Below, piece by piece: positions 1 through 11,600 of a stretch of DNA of 42,101 nt (position 1 is the first letter of the stretch; each line of letters opens with the position of its first letter). The position numbers were made by a program, and so were the translations under genes. The notes under the pieces are model-generated. The model was not told the DNA's origin. It searched no databases and saw only the letters and a program-made list of their open reading frames with translations. The stretch is from Catajapyx aquilonaris (taxonomy: Eukaryota), in NCBI GenBank assembly GCA_000934665.2, contig KZ538892.1, positions 1 to 42,101 on the forward strand, read 5' to 3'.

Positions 1-221
1 TTTACTACTGTCTAACAAAAACATGTGCGATTTTTTCACATCGTTGCAATCACCAAATCATTCTCCAGATATCAATTAGAGGGTGTTATGATCCTCCCAT
101 GCATTTGCATGAAAATAATGGAGAAAACGTGTACAAAAATGTGCTCCCGCCATAGTCCGCTTACGGAGGAGCTCTCCTCCTATCATGACGCCATGATTCC
201 GGCGCCCTGGCCTTGTCTCTA

Positions 222-407
222 GGTGGCCCTGGGTGGTCGCAAGGTGGCGTTGGCGAGGTGGTCGCGAGGTACCCACCTCGCGACCACCTCGCCAGCCAAG
301 GTAGTCGCGAGGTACCCACCTCGCCACCCGAGGTAGTCGCGAGGTACCCCTCTCGCGACCACCTCGCCACTATATTGATATTATATATAAATTAATTTCG
401 GTAAGGG
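222..407. mobile_element. End of a non-autonomous DNA element with subterminal GC-rich palindromic repeats
   Basis: Perfect 20-bp hairpin TGGCGAGGTGGTCGCGAGGT-ACCC-ACCTCGCGACCACCTCGCCA (251-294), with variant copies to 369. Ends in GGTAAGGG (400-407), a terminus also seen at 1088-1095. Confidence 0.55.
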
Positions 408-1095
408 GACCTCGTCATGACGAGCTAGCCGCTACTTGGCGCCGAGCAAGTCATACTGGGGATGGGGAAGTGGCTTTTTCGCTTTTTATTATTCGCTTCT
501 TCGCATGGTTGGTTGCTTGGTTTTCGTAGAAGTGGTGCCCGGCTTGTATGGATCTTTCATACCGCGGATTGTCCTGCTCGCACCAAACAGCATTGCCATT
601 TAACGACTCTAGCAAATTAATGTCACAATGAAGTACCTCGGGGGTAAATGAGCCGCATGCAGTGGAGTATCCTGCCACCTTTGCACATGGGTAATGGCCA
701 AAATTTATTCGCATTGTTGTGGGATAAATCGGTGCAACGATACACCGACGGCAGCGCCATCTCCACGCGGGAAGTTGCCCCACATTCGAATAAATTGCTC
801 GTCGCCAAGTGGCAGCTAGCTCGTCATGACGAGGTCAGAAATTGAGACTTGACCTCGCGGAATGACTTGCTCGGCGCCAAGTAGCGGCTAGCTCGTCATG
901 ACGAGGTCAGAAATTGAGACTTGACCTCGCGGAATGACTTGCTCGGCGCCAAGTAGCGGCTAGCTCGTCATGACGAGGTCAGGAGAATATTTGACAGCCG
1001 CGAGGTCCCGCGACGTGGCGGCTATCCTGAGGCGAGCTCGCCAGCTTCTGGCGAGCTAGCGGCAAGCTCGCGGCTAAGTTAAATTTTGGTAAGGG
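408..1095. mobile_element. Non-autonomous DNA element with 72-bp tandem units and one inverted unit
   Basis: 72-bp period (GCTAGCTCG at 815, 887, 959) containing the palindrome CTCGTCATGACGAG. 408-454 is the exact reverse complement of 47 bp of the unit. Ends AATTTTGGTAAGGG at 1095. Confidence 0.6.
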
Positions 1096-1785
1096 AGGGG
1101 CTCCCGGGCGCCTTATTTATTTAATATCTTGAAGCCTAATATTAATATAACAATGAAACTTACATACTAGGGGATTACTGCAAAAATGTTATGAAATTTC
1201 AAATCTACGTATTATGCTCGTGTCAAGGGTCACGAACTTTGACCTGCCAACGTGACACGTAATTTTTTGGCTGTTATCACCGGATTACGCGTTTAGCCTA
1301 CCGTTTAGAATATTGAAAGCCACATTTTTCATGTCTGTGGGATGCACAGCTACTGAAATAATCAAAATGGAAGAGTCCTCATTTTTGACCTCGTCCTTGC
1401 TCGTGAACTATGGACACCAGCGGGTTTATACAATATGTTGCTTAGACCTTGACAAAATAAAAGGGTATTCTGAATAAGTAACCAGGTATGTGACTATATT
1501 ATTAAGTTGTCCTTTTTGAAAAAACGCATTTGAAAATTTGACTTTTTGCGAATTTTACTAAAATAGTAGGTAATGCTATTATATCTTAGTCACTCGCTTA
1601 GTCACAGTTGAAGCTGTCATTAAGTTCCATCAAATACACGTAAAACATGTTACGTAGCAGACTTTGTTTTCAAGATATAGCCCTATTTAGAAATGGAATA
1701 TACCTGGTTCTTGCATAGCGGTCTGGGTTCAGTATAGCTTAAAAATAAAGATCAGTTTCCGCCAACATAGGCTATACGGTAAAAT

Positions 1786-1814
1786 ATTCATTCATTCATT
1801 CATTCATTCATTCA
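1786..1814. repeat. (ATTC)n microsatellite
   Basis: About 7 tandem ATTC units. Confidence 0.95.
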
Positions 1815-1913
1815 TAACATCACGGCATAATCCCAGACATGGGGTAGCCAGCGACGACTATTTAAAAAAAAGTTTGTGCCTAGCCGTCTCATATGACCAT
1901 TACAATGACTAAA

Positions 1914-2181
1914 ATATTATTATTATATTATTATATTATATATTATTATATTATATACTATATATTATTATATTATTATATTATATATTATTATATTATA
2001 TACTATATATTATTATATTATTATATTATATATTATTATATTATTATATTATTATATATTATATTATATATTATATTATACATTATATATTACATATTGT
2101 TATATTATACATTATATATTACATATTGTTATATTATATATTATATATTATATTGTTATATTATTATATTATATTATTATT
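1914..2181. repeat. Compound (TAT)n/(TA)n low-complexity tract
   Basis: Almost pure A/T, built from TAT/TATAT units. Confidence 0.95.
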
Positions 2182-2229
2182 GGTAAAATATTATTTTCAC
2201 ATATCCGTATTTCTTTCGTACTTCTAATA

Positions 2230-2760
2230 ATTGTAATGTAGATTCTACAAGTTCTTAAATTCGATGGTCTTTTATGGTATACACCCTGTATGTCCTGGTT
2301 CAAAATAACCTCGATTAGGACCTCGAAAACATCGGGAAATGTTACTTTCACCTGCTTGTAATGTTTATTCTACACGTTCTTAAATTCCATAGTGAGCTTT
2401 TAGTACACCCTGTAGGTATAAGTTCAAAATACCATAAAAATCGAAATAAGCGACCGTAAAAAGTGTAAAAACAGGGGAAACATAAGTTTCACCTACTTGT
2501 ACCGCTTAATGCTTATTCTGCAGATTATTGAATTCTATCCTGTTTTTGGTACACCCTGTAGGCCTTAGTTTGATAAGAGCCTCAAAATATGAAGCAGTGA
2601 CCGCAAAACGTAGGGTAACATCACAAACCTCTTCATTCCGCTTATTCGACAGAATAATTCTTAAATTCGAATATTCGATCGAGTTTCTCCGTAGGTCTAC
2701 GTTCAAAATAACCTAAAAATTTAAATCAGCGAGCCTGAAAACATGGGGAGATATGTTTTT
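2230..2760. repeat. Degenerate tandem repeat, about 125-145 bp period, about 4 copies
   Basis: TACACCCTGTA recurs near 2280, 2404 and 2550. TTCTTAAATTC and GTTCAAAATA recur in the same order. Confidence 0.7.
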
Positions 2761-3276
2761 ACGCGCTTAAACGGTTTAGTTGTGGAGCTATCATTATCGT
2801 TCGAGTTTTTTTCTGATATTGACCACTGTGTGCCACCGCGGTGACGCCACCCACCTACTATACCCAGCAGATACAGGACTGGTGTAAGGCTTGTGTCATT
2901 AGCCTTTTTACCTCATAAAGGCGCCACGTAGGCCTTAGAGATCTTTGCAGTAGGTAGTTAAGAATATTTTCCAGCGTTTTAAACTGGTACCTGCACTTAC
3001 CTTCTTATTGCAGAGAACCCTTCAATTATTGCATTATGTATATGTGTAAGGTTTGAAGTGAAGCAAAATTAATAGCTGAAAGCAGAGCTAAATATTAATG
3101 CTGTACACCAGCCGACTTTTGAGAACACACGCAGGTGTATAAATCTGTAACCAATCGTTCCCTGACAGAAACCTGCACTTCTCAGGTTTATAAGATCCAG
3201 CAGTCAGCCAATACCTTTTACCATTGGACTTAGTGGATGTCCGTAGTCAGTTAATGTTGTATACAAACCATAAATA

Positions 3277-3529
3277 GGGCGACACAGTGGCCGAGTGGTT
3301 AGCGCCGCAGCCTTCCACGTCTAAGGTCCCGAGTTCGATCCCCGGGTCGGACGGAGGATACTTATGTGGATAGAGTTTCGATGGGTTCTCTCCGTGTTCG
3401 CGTGGGTTTTCTCGGGGTTCTCCCGTTTCCTCCCACTATCAAAATCCATCACATTACAGGCAAATGATTAAAATCGGGTATTCAAAAGATGATCCCCTAA
3501 GAGGCCCAAGGGACCTATCACGGGGTATC

Positions 3530-3564
<35 letters not shown>
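3277..3564 (+). mobile_element. tRNA-derived SINE with V-SINE-like central domain, full length
   Basis: A box TGGCCGAGTGG (3288-3298) and B box GTTCGATCC (3333-3341). Body TCTCCGTGTTCGCGTGGGTTTTCTCGGGGTTCTCCCGTTTCCTCCCAC resembles the V domain. (ATT)n tail. 14-bp TSD TATACAAACCATAA (3260-3273 and 3565-3578). Confidence 0.88.
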
Positions 3565-3568
<4 letters not shown>

Positions 3569-3699
3569 CAAACCATAATATAGTAATGAGAACAGGTCAT
3601 ATTCATTGGGTAGGCCATAGCCGTAGGGCGTATAGGTTCATATACTAGGCATATATTGCCATCTCTGACCATTATTTCCATAAGCGATTATGGCTAAAT

Positions 3700-4559
3700 C
3701 AGCCCCCAGCAACTCCCTATCCAGCCCTATGGCGACGGTAGTTGAATATAAAAGGCACCACCCGCACCGGCCTGAAATTTGGCGCTGATATGGGGTTCGG
3801 GTGGCTGACTGCCGATCTGCGCATGCCCTCCGATCCAGCTGAAGTGGAAAGAATGGTTCGAATACAGTATATTGGTTCAGGCTTCCGCAAGTGGCCGCCC
3901 CAACCGCAACATCCCTGTGGGTAGGACAGTCTACAGTTTATCCCGTTTATCAAGGCACCCGATTGTTTGCGACGGACGCACCGTTGCCAACCGTCGTCGT
4001 GTCGGGACTCTCGGGAGGCCTCCGACCCCCCAACTCCGACCGCGTTGTTAAAGGGACACTCCACTCAAAAAACCAGTTTGGCTCTAAAAATCGGGCAAAA
4101 AATCCTGGATCCGACGGTGCAATTAGTTTTTCGCTACGCGGAACGGTAATCCCAGGGCGAGGTGTCAAAATGTGTCGTCTGCTAATGAGCGGCGCCGCCA
4201 CGCGGGGAAAAGGGGAACTAGAGGGCTGAACCGCTCTGGAATGGGCCCGGATGGGCCTAAGCGCGCTGGCAGGCGGGAGCAGCCCTCCAGTTCCCAAGGT
4301 CCCGAGGGCGTCGCTGGCGGACGGCCAGCTTCTAGAGCATTATTTTAATTCCCCCACTTTGACCCCTCGCCCTGGGATTACCATTCCGCGTAGCGAAAAA
4401 CGAATTGCACCGTCGGATTCAGGATTTTTTGCCTGATTTTTAGAGCCACACTTGTTTTTTGAGTGGAGTGTCCCTTTCAGGTGCGGATAAACTGTAGCCT
4501 AGCCGCCTTTTATATTCAACTACCGTATCGTATGAGTTGCGGGGGGGNGGGGGGGGCTG
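3700..4559. mobile_element. hAT-like non-autonomous DNA transposon (outer layer of a nest)
   Basis: Termini CAGCCCCCAGCAACTC and GAGTTGC(G)nCTG. Perfect 8-bp TSD GGCTAAAT (3692-3699 and 4560-4567). Inner perfect 21-bp inverted repeat CGGTAGTTGAATATAAAAGGC (3736-3756 and 4505-4525). Confidence 0.75.
4052..4475. mobile_element. Kolobok-like MITE nested in the hAT-like element
   Basis: About 118-bp inverted repeats (4052-4169 and 4358-4475) starting AGGGACACTCCACTCAAAAAA. Flanked by TTAA (left) and TTCA (right, one mismatch). Confidence 0.8.
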
Positions 4560-5966
4560 GGCTAAATCCCTGAGAGGTTAAAAGAGTGTGATGTCACTCA
4601 AGGGCACATTATTTTTAACCATGCTAAGATTCGTGGATTTATTGAATATTCATTTGTTAAACAGCAAAAATTAATTAGAGGAGATTTAAATTTCTGATAA
4701 AGGAAGTTCACGTGATTTTATGCAGTGTTCACATTGAACAACCCCTCTGAATACAAAATTATTGATCATTTTTCCTGTTATACTTCTCCGATTGATATAC
4801 AGTAGTTTGCTATAATTGTGCCTCGTTATACAACATTGAAGTATTTTAGCTACTGTTTCGCCATTGGATTCCTCACTTCCTTTGGCCGACATTGGGAGGG
4901 AGTGGATGGGTGGATGGATGCCTTCATCTTCCAACATTTGGCTACCATTCCTATGGCCGTGACCTGGAAGGAGGAATAAGTGCCTGTACACCAGGTGGGG
5001 TGAAGTGACCTTCACCTAAGCTACTTGGCATACAGGTATGCATAACTACATAACCAACAAAAATATGTAAAAATATGGAACAACTGCTAGTTTGTTAATG
5101 TGCAACAAAATTCTATGGCCAAGAGGAGGCTGTAACATGGGCATGAAAAAAAATATTAGGACCTGCTGCTTGATTTTTACTGCCTACTTAAGAGCCTATT
5201 TTCACTATTTTCAGGAACTAAATGCCTTCCTTTTAGGAGGTTTTTTATAACCTAAAAAACCTTTCTTTAGTCATCATAGTATTGAAGGAGAATGCACAAA
5301 TGTCCCACACCAAGTTAATGTCAGAATGTGGTAAATCACAAGCATACACAGCAATAGATTTACGTACCGGTACTACAACCCACACGCAAATAATAGGCTA
5401 CCTGTAATGAATATGACTCGATGAAAATAAAAATGTCCCAGTCCATTATTTTACTAATTTGTGTCACTGGTTGCAAAATACTATCACATGGAGATTGGAG
5501 ATGCTTATGCTCATATTTTTAAACTTCCCAAGCCCTAGAAACGAGCAGTGCAGATCACAGAAAAAAGTTGTGCCCATCCATGTTCCTCTGTTGTCCATCT
5601 GCAACAGATGGGAGGATCATACATGTCACATCTGTGTTTTAAAAATTTTCGCATGAAATGGGAAACTTAATTGATGAATTATGATTAGAGTATGGTGTGT
5701 TTTTGTTTCAATTTCAAGAGCCGAGGAATATTTTTGTCCAAGCCCATCACACAGTACTATGCAGGGTATATTGCAGTGCAACGAGAAACGGTGTTGGCCA
5801 TATACTGAAACTGAGAGAATGATGAAGTATAGGTGTGCCATTCGTTGTCATTTTCAAAGACATGGGTACATTTGATGATGAAGACTAAATAATATACCGT
5901 GTAATAATTATATTAATTACCTAACCAAAGGTAATTTGTTGCTGCATATTGTCAATTTATACCCTG

Positions 5967-6051
5967 AATTGAGGGGCTCAGGGCCAGAGGTGCCTATGCA
6001 TTAAAACACGCAAATTGTGCTTATGCCCCTCTGGCACTGAGCCCCTCAATT
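5967..6051. repeat. 85-bp hairpin (miniature inverted repeat)
   Basis: 34-bp arms AATTGAGGGGCTCAG..GCA with 4 mismatches and a 17-nt loop. Confidence 0.8.
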
Positions 6052-6354
6052 TTACATTGCAAAGCAAGTGACGGGATAAATTTGGCAAGCGGAGAGAATG
6101 AATAATGATCCAACCTAAAATATCCACCAATTTGGTACATCTGGTCCTGATTTCCACCGAGTTCAGTATATGCTACACGTATTGCTAGACCAATGAATGG
6201 AGGATCCAGCATACGGAATTTTTTCAAACGTTTTTAGGATACTTGCAGAAAGTGGCACTTCAATTTCACATTCTTTAAGTGTTCATGGCAAATGATGAAG
6301 GTGAGAGGAAATGACCATTGTACCTGAGTAAGTATTGGTCTGAAATCAGAGGAC

Positions 6355-6360
6355 TTTATT
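6355..6360 (-). terminator. Candidate polyadenylation signal of the tau-like gene
   Basis: AATAAA on the minus strand about 2.2 kb after the stop codon, closing a stretch with no recognisable repeats. Another AATAAA lies at 7653-7658. Confidence 0.35.
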
Positions 6361-8552
6361 GAAACTTACTGTGGAACATGCAGTACACTCTTCTCTACGG
6401 AATGAATACAACAATGGAGCAAAGACACTTCTACGCGGAGCGGGACACAACAACACCGAAAAGGAAACTCGAAGTGAATAAGTCGAATGGTCAGCTATCC
6501 ACTTGTTAGGCCTATAGTCTTTGACGTCAGTCTTGCACCTCTTAAAAAGTGTGCTAAACTATACCCATTGTACACATACGTCTACCGTGTCGGCCAGCCA
6601 GGGTTTACAAGAATCGTGCACAGAACGGAGATTTAAAGTTAACTTAACTCAATCTTGATGAGCGACAAATAGTGGCTTGTACAGAGTAAGAACCACGTGT
6701 AACAGTATAATAATTATTATATCGTGCTGCATGTAATTAATATTAGTCCGCCATACGTGACTCGGTCCAAGAATGAAATGCATAACTGGGCACAGCCACA
6801 TGTGACATTTCTCTGCCTTTCAGAAGTCACGTGGCTGCAGTGATGCAAGTCCAACAGTACAAGGAGCAGATTACACTATCTTGTAATTATGCAAGCATGT
6901 GAAGCGTAAACGCATTCCACATTAATAGTACAGTTTCTATTGTTATAATGATTTTAGTGGACAATTGTTATTTTAAAACAAAGAAAAATGAACATGCCCG
7001 AGTCTGAAGCTCATAAATATTTATCCATTAGAAGTAATTTCATTTCATTTCTTGAGGGTTTATATATATGCAAACAAAAATGTAGGTACCGTATCGCAAG
7101 TCAAAATGACGGTATATACAGTATATTATAGTCTACCAATTACACGGAAATAACAACCCTGAGCAGCGTCATTCGTCAATCAGTGTGCAGTCGGATCATA
7201 GAGTAGCCTACAGCATTCCGAACATTTTTCAACAAGCGGTGAAAGTGAAATCATGTTAAGTGCACAACAGTTGGCTACACTTATTTGCCAATAACTCGAC
7301 AAGTCAGTTGCATCGGAACAACGTGCTTTCAGTGAAATTAACACATGATCATATGCATGCCCTTGCACTATATTCCCAACTGTCGCGATCCTATACCAAA
7401 TGTCAATCAATTCGTTCGGTAGGGTGATTGAAAGTCAATTTGATATAGGCCTATCTGAAAGTTTTGAGGTACAGACCAACAACAGACGATGGCACGGCTA
7501 CGAACAGTCATAACATCAAGCCAGCCTGATGTATCTGCTCGCTGCCTGTCACTGACCTCTCCCCAAAAGTTTGTATAAAAGCAGCCTGCCACCGGAATGT
7601 GATTTACAAGAAAACCATTTAGCCTACTGGAAGCCACCATAAATATACTGCATTTATTCATAGCCTATTCTTAAAGCACACAAGGCGAAAGGGGAGAGGA
7701 GGCATTAGATTCAGAGAGAAATAGTCTAGCAGCAAACCACCCTCCTAGTATGACTCCCATTTAAAAATCATGATATTTAAAATAAAAATTCAAAGTTACT
7801 GCTTTCTGGGATTGTTGTAACGACCTCTGTTGCAATAGTCTTCACACCACACTCCTCTGGAGAAAGTCTCATGTTGCATGCACCCATAATATGAAGCCAC
7901 AGAGATCAGAGAACAAAGGCTGCTCCTGCCGTATAATGCTGTTGGATGTGTTTGTCATCATTGCTTCCATTCAGACTGAAATCCTGGCTGCATCACTGTA
8001 CACAAGCCATGGTCGCATATTGTGCCAAATACGGTACCGTGTATAGAATATGTATAGCATCAAAGTAATTATTTCTGTGTATATGTTGAGTTTCCAACGA
8101 CACAGTGAGTGAGGACTTGACAAAGTCAGACCACAGCTCCCGAGTTGACCCAAAACCAAAATTTGCGTAGTGACTTGCCAAAAAAGTACGGTACCTAACC
8201 AAAAAAAAAGATGCGTTAATGCTAGGGTGATTGTTGTCACACAAACACACAAACATAACTACACCCTACTTCTTTTACGAAAAGTGCGAAGCTGCGAGAT
8301 AAACGGCCCCCGCTGATGTACAAAAAACATACTTATATATTCAAATCTGGGAGTCCCAACAATGGGTTTTTGGAACTTTATAACTAAAACGCGGTCTGAG
8401 GGAACCCCATAGTAATGATTTGGTTGTCGGCAACCGTTGTTCACACAGTGGTTGACTTGTCATTGGAACATGGTGATGAATAGTCGTTACTACGGCGTAT
8501 GGACTGTTTGTTGACCCAAGTGCAAACCAAGACTCGCCCTCTGCTGTGCCTG

Positions 8553-8609
8553 TTAATAAGCCTTCCCATTCTCTTCTCCAAAGGGCTGAGGAGACAGAAT
8601 AGATGGGCT
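8553..8609 (-). CDS. tau: tau-like terminal coding exon ([18 protein letters not shown])
   Basis: Acceptor TTTCTTTTCAG (AG at 8611-8610), phase 0, TAA at 8555-8553. Not in the ORF track. Confidence 0.75.
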   Translation of the reverse strand, partial: SPSILSPQPFGEENGKAY

Positions 8610-11600
8610 CTGAAAAGAAAGCATGACAATGACATTGAAAGATGTGCGTGTCACAGTGTGGGTCTGCATCGTAACCTACTCACTTGCGCGCCTGAAGCCC
8701 TTCCTTCTGAACTGGCCTTACTGGAAGCTTTGCTTGAGGTCATGGATGCTCTGGTGCTGGTCATTTGCTTCAGGTACTCCTTGTCATCGAAGATCTTCTT
8801 CTCGCCGCCTCCGGGCCTGTGCTTTACGTTGTCCATTGACCCGATTTTACTCTGGGCTTTTTCCTTGAACTCCAGCTTGCGGGACTCCACCTGTAACACA
8901 AGCGTCCAAAATAGTAATGCCCTGACTATGCTCGGGTCAGCTATTTTATTCACCATGGAGTACTCTATAATATGTATATTACACAACCATGTGGAAACGG
9001 TTAAAAATAACTCAGGTAGGCTATTCGACAGCCTTTATATTCGAAAGAAATGTTGTCCTAAGGACATTCTTGTCGCATCTGTAGCAAGCCACAGAAGTGC
9101 ATGGACAAGCCCACTGACTCCTTCATGAAGAAGAGTCTACTTGTATTACTCTGAGCTAACAGAGTGTGAAAGTCACATGGAAATAGACATATTGGTTGAA
9201 ATTATGCCAATAGATTTGGTTTTGGAGGAACCATGATTATTATGAGGTAGGCTGTGCACTCCTTGGAGGATGGGGAAACTGTTCTGCACCACTGTATAAC
9301 AGGAAACACAACGTATTTGTTATTATACTGCAGAAGGGCAGAAAAGGAAGTGAGCGGCCGTAGAATACGCAAATCTAGTCTAAAAACATGTTGTAAGACT
9401 GTTACCTTGTGTATTCTCAGGACGGACGAGTAATCAAATTACAGGCGGAACACTACGGTAATTAGAAAAAAATACTCACTATGTTCCTTTTAGCGTCAGG
9501 AGTGTTTGTCCGACCCTAGAACACGGTAGAAACAGAAAAATTTGGGTTACAAGAGTAAAGGTAACTCAAGCACATCCGTAAACGTGCAAGAAAATAACCA
9601 AAGAGGCCCTGTTAGTCACTAAACAGACGAAATAATTGCCATTGCTGTCACATCATAGCAATTCATGCATTGAGATTGTTTTTAAAAAATGTTTTGCAGT
9701 TAGAGAATTGCTCCAAAGACATTCCAAGCTATAATGTAGAAACAATTGACAAACATATTCACTGAAGCAAACCTGTTGTTCCAATATTGACAAAGCGCCG
9801 TAACAAAAGGTCCACTATGAGCTATACCAAATATACATTTGATAGCAGGCATCCATCGTACCATATGCCAAAAGATGTTTCGGAAAATGGTGTCCTGAAC
9901 CTAAACAGCCATCAGCACTCTACCAAGGTCAATTTGATGGTAAAATCAGATTCACCTTTCTATAGTGTTGGTGGTCATGCAGCACCAGGATACGAGTGTC
10001 CGGAACGTTTGACATCATAATTATAATGCAGCCGGCACAGTTTGCAGAGTAATATCAATATTATTTCTTGTAAGCCAAATGCGAAAAAGGTTAAAAGCAT
10101 AGTGTTGTAAGAGGTGATTATATATCTAATTTAATATTGGTGCAAGGAAAATGCCGTCGAGTTAATGGTATATGGTCTGTAAGTATTGCAGCCTTTCAAA
10201 GAATACTCTTCTTAAGCAAAACTTGCGCCATTTTTGTTTCTCCTAGGTGCCTACTATTAGCCGTATTTTTGGTACATTTTACTGGCAGTTGAAAACAATG
10301 GCAAACGTTAGCACTGGGCGATTTGAAAATCTACTTCTGCTCAGTTCGCCGTGGCTGAGAGAATCTATACTCTGCATGCTTGGTAGACCTATAATATTTT
10401 CACATCATACTTGTATTAGGACATGCAGCTAATTTATGGACATCGTGCACTAATATTATGTCTCGTTTCTCAGAGTGATTACATTATCATAAGTAACTAG
10501 TGTCGCTATTAAATTAACACATTGGACTAGCGAAAATAATAATGTACTTTATAAAAACAAACTATTAAAAATACGCTATCCAATAATAATTATGTCATCA
10601 AATATATAATTTCCATGATGTCATAATATACAAGGTAACAACCCACTGACTTTATTTGTGAAAAAAGCCAATACCTTTGGGGAAAAAACTAGGCATGTGA
10701 TAAAATTGAAAATTGCGCGTCCCACAATGAAAATGAGAACTAAATAATTATCGCAAATTTTCTTAGATGTCTGTTTTTGCTGCGACGCCTTTAAGCTAAT
10801 GGCCCCAAATACTGTACAGGCTATACTGTAGACAAAACCAGAGAAACATGCTCCTTTCTAAGCAACGTCAACTGCTGCAGCTGAATGCTTCCCAACTATA
10901 GCCTTGGAAGCAGACCATTAGGGCCAATTCCATAACAATGTTATTCTAAATAATATATAAATCAACACACTGCAGTTATGATCTGAAGTCAAAAGGCCAC
11001 TGAACTCATGTTTAAAATATGAACCTACACCAGACTACATTTCTGCAATTGCAATTCACGGGAACAAGGGTGGTAAAATAGCTATCAATCATTATTAAGT
11101 CACAACTGTGAAAACCAAGATCAGTAATAATATTTCTGGTAATACTCAGGGTCAGCCGGGGAAGCCAACATGTTCCAACGTCATCTCTGAAGGACATTAT
11201 TGCATTTTGAACACATGGCGAAGGTTGTGAATTCTGAAGTAGTAATTAACGGCGTCACAAAATACAACTTTGCCATTGTGCAGTTAAGTGTGTATTTAAG
11301 TGAGACATCACCTGAGGACATCATGTGAATGACAAATGTGGCATTTACACGCGCTAGGCAAAGGGTAATTAGCGACCTTAGCACGTCGTCACATAGTTAC
11401 GGTTATGGCAAGGTCGCGGGATGGAAGATATCTGTTGTTCCTCAGTCCTACTCTAGCTTCCCCTGGCAGTCTTTTCTAGAATCTTTTCTGTGTAAGAAAA
11501 TTTTTTGCTCTTTATAAAACCGCTCCGAACGCAGCTCACGTGAACAACAGTGAAAATTTAATTATACGCTCGGAATCATCCCACTCAGTTTTTTCTTAGC

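Noticed and set aside
796..981. CRISPR-like array (palindromic repeats at a regular 72-bp period)
   Set aside because: Sequences between the palindromes are identical, not unique spacers; no cas genes; eukaryotic context.
1893..2186. Tyr/Ile-rich ORF (also poly-Ile/Tyr/Asn ORFs at 25570, 27122 and 27300)
   Set aside because: Translations of microsatellites.
3277..3350. tRNA gene (likewise the heads near 33288, 35964 and 38463)
   Set aside because: A and B boxes are present but I could not fold a convincing cloverleaf, and the full-length copies continue into SINE bodies with tails and TSDs.
3717..4436. Cluster of overlapping 60-115 aa ORFs as a transposase
   Set aside because: They lie in GC-rich inverted repeats and show no DDE or DNA-binding motifs.
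8499..9128. 209-aa plus-strand ORF
   Set aside because: Antisense shadow of the tau-like exons with no recognisable domain.
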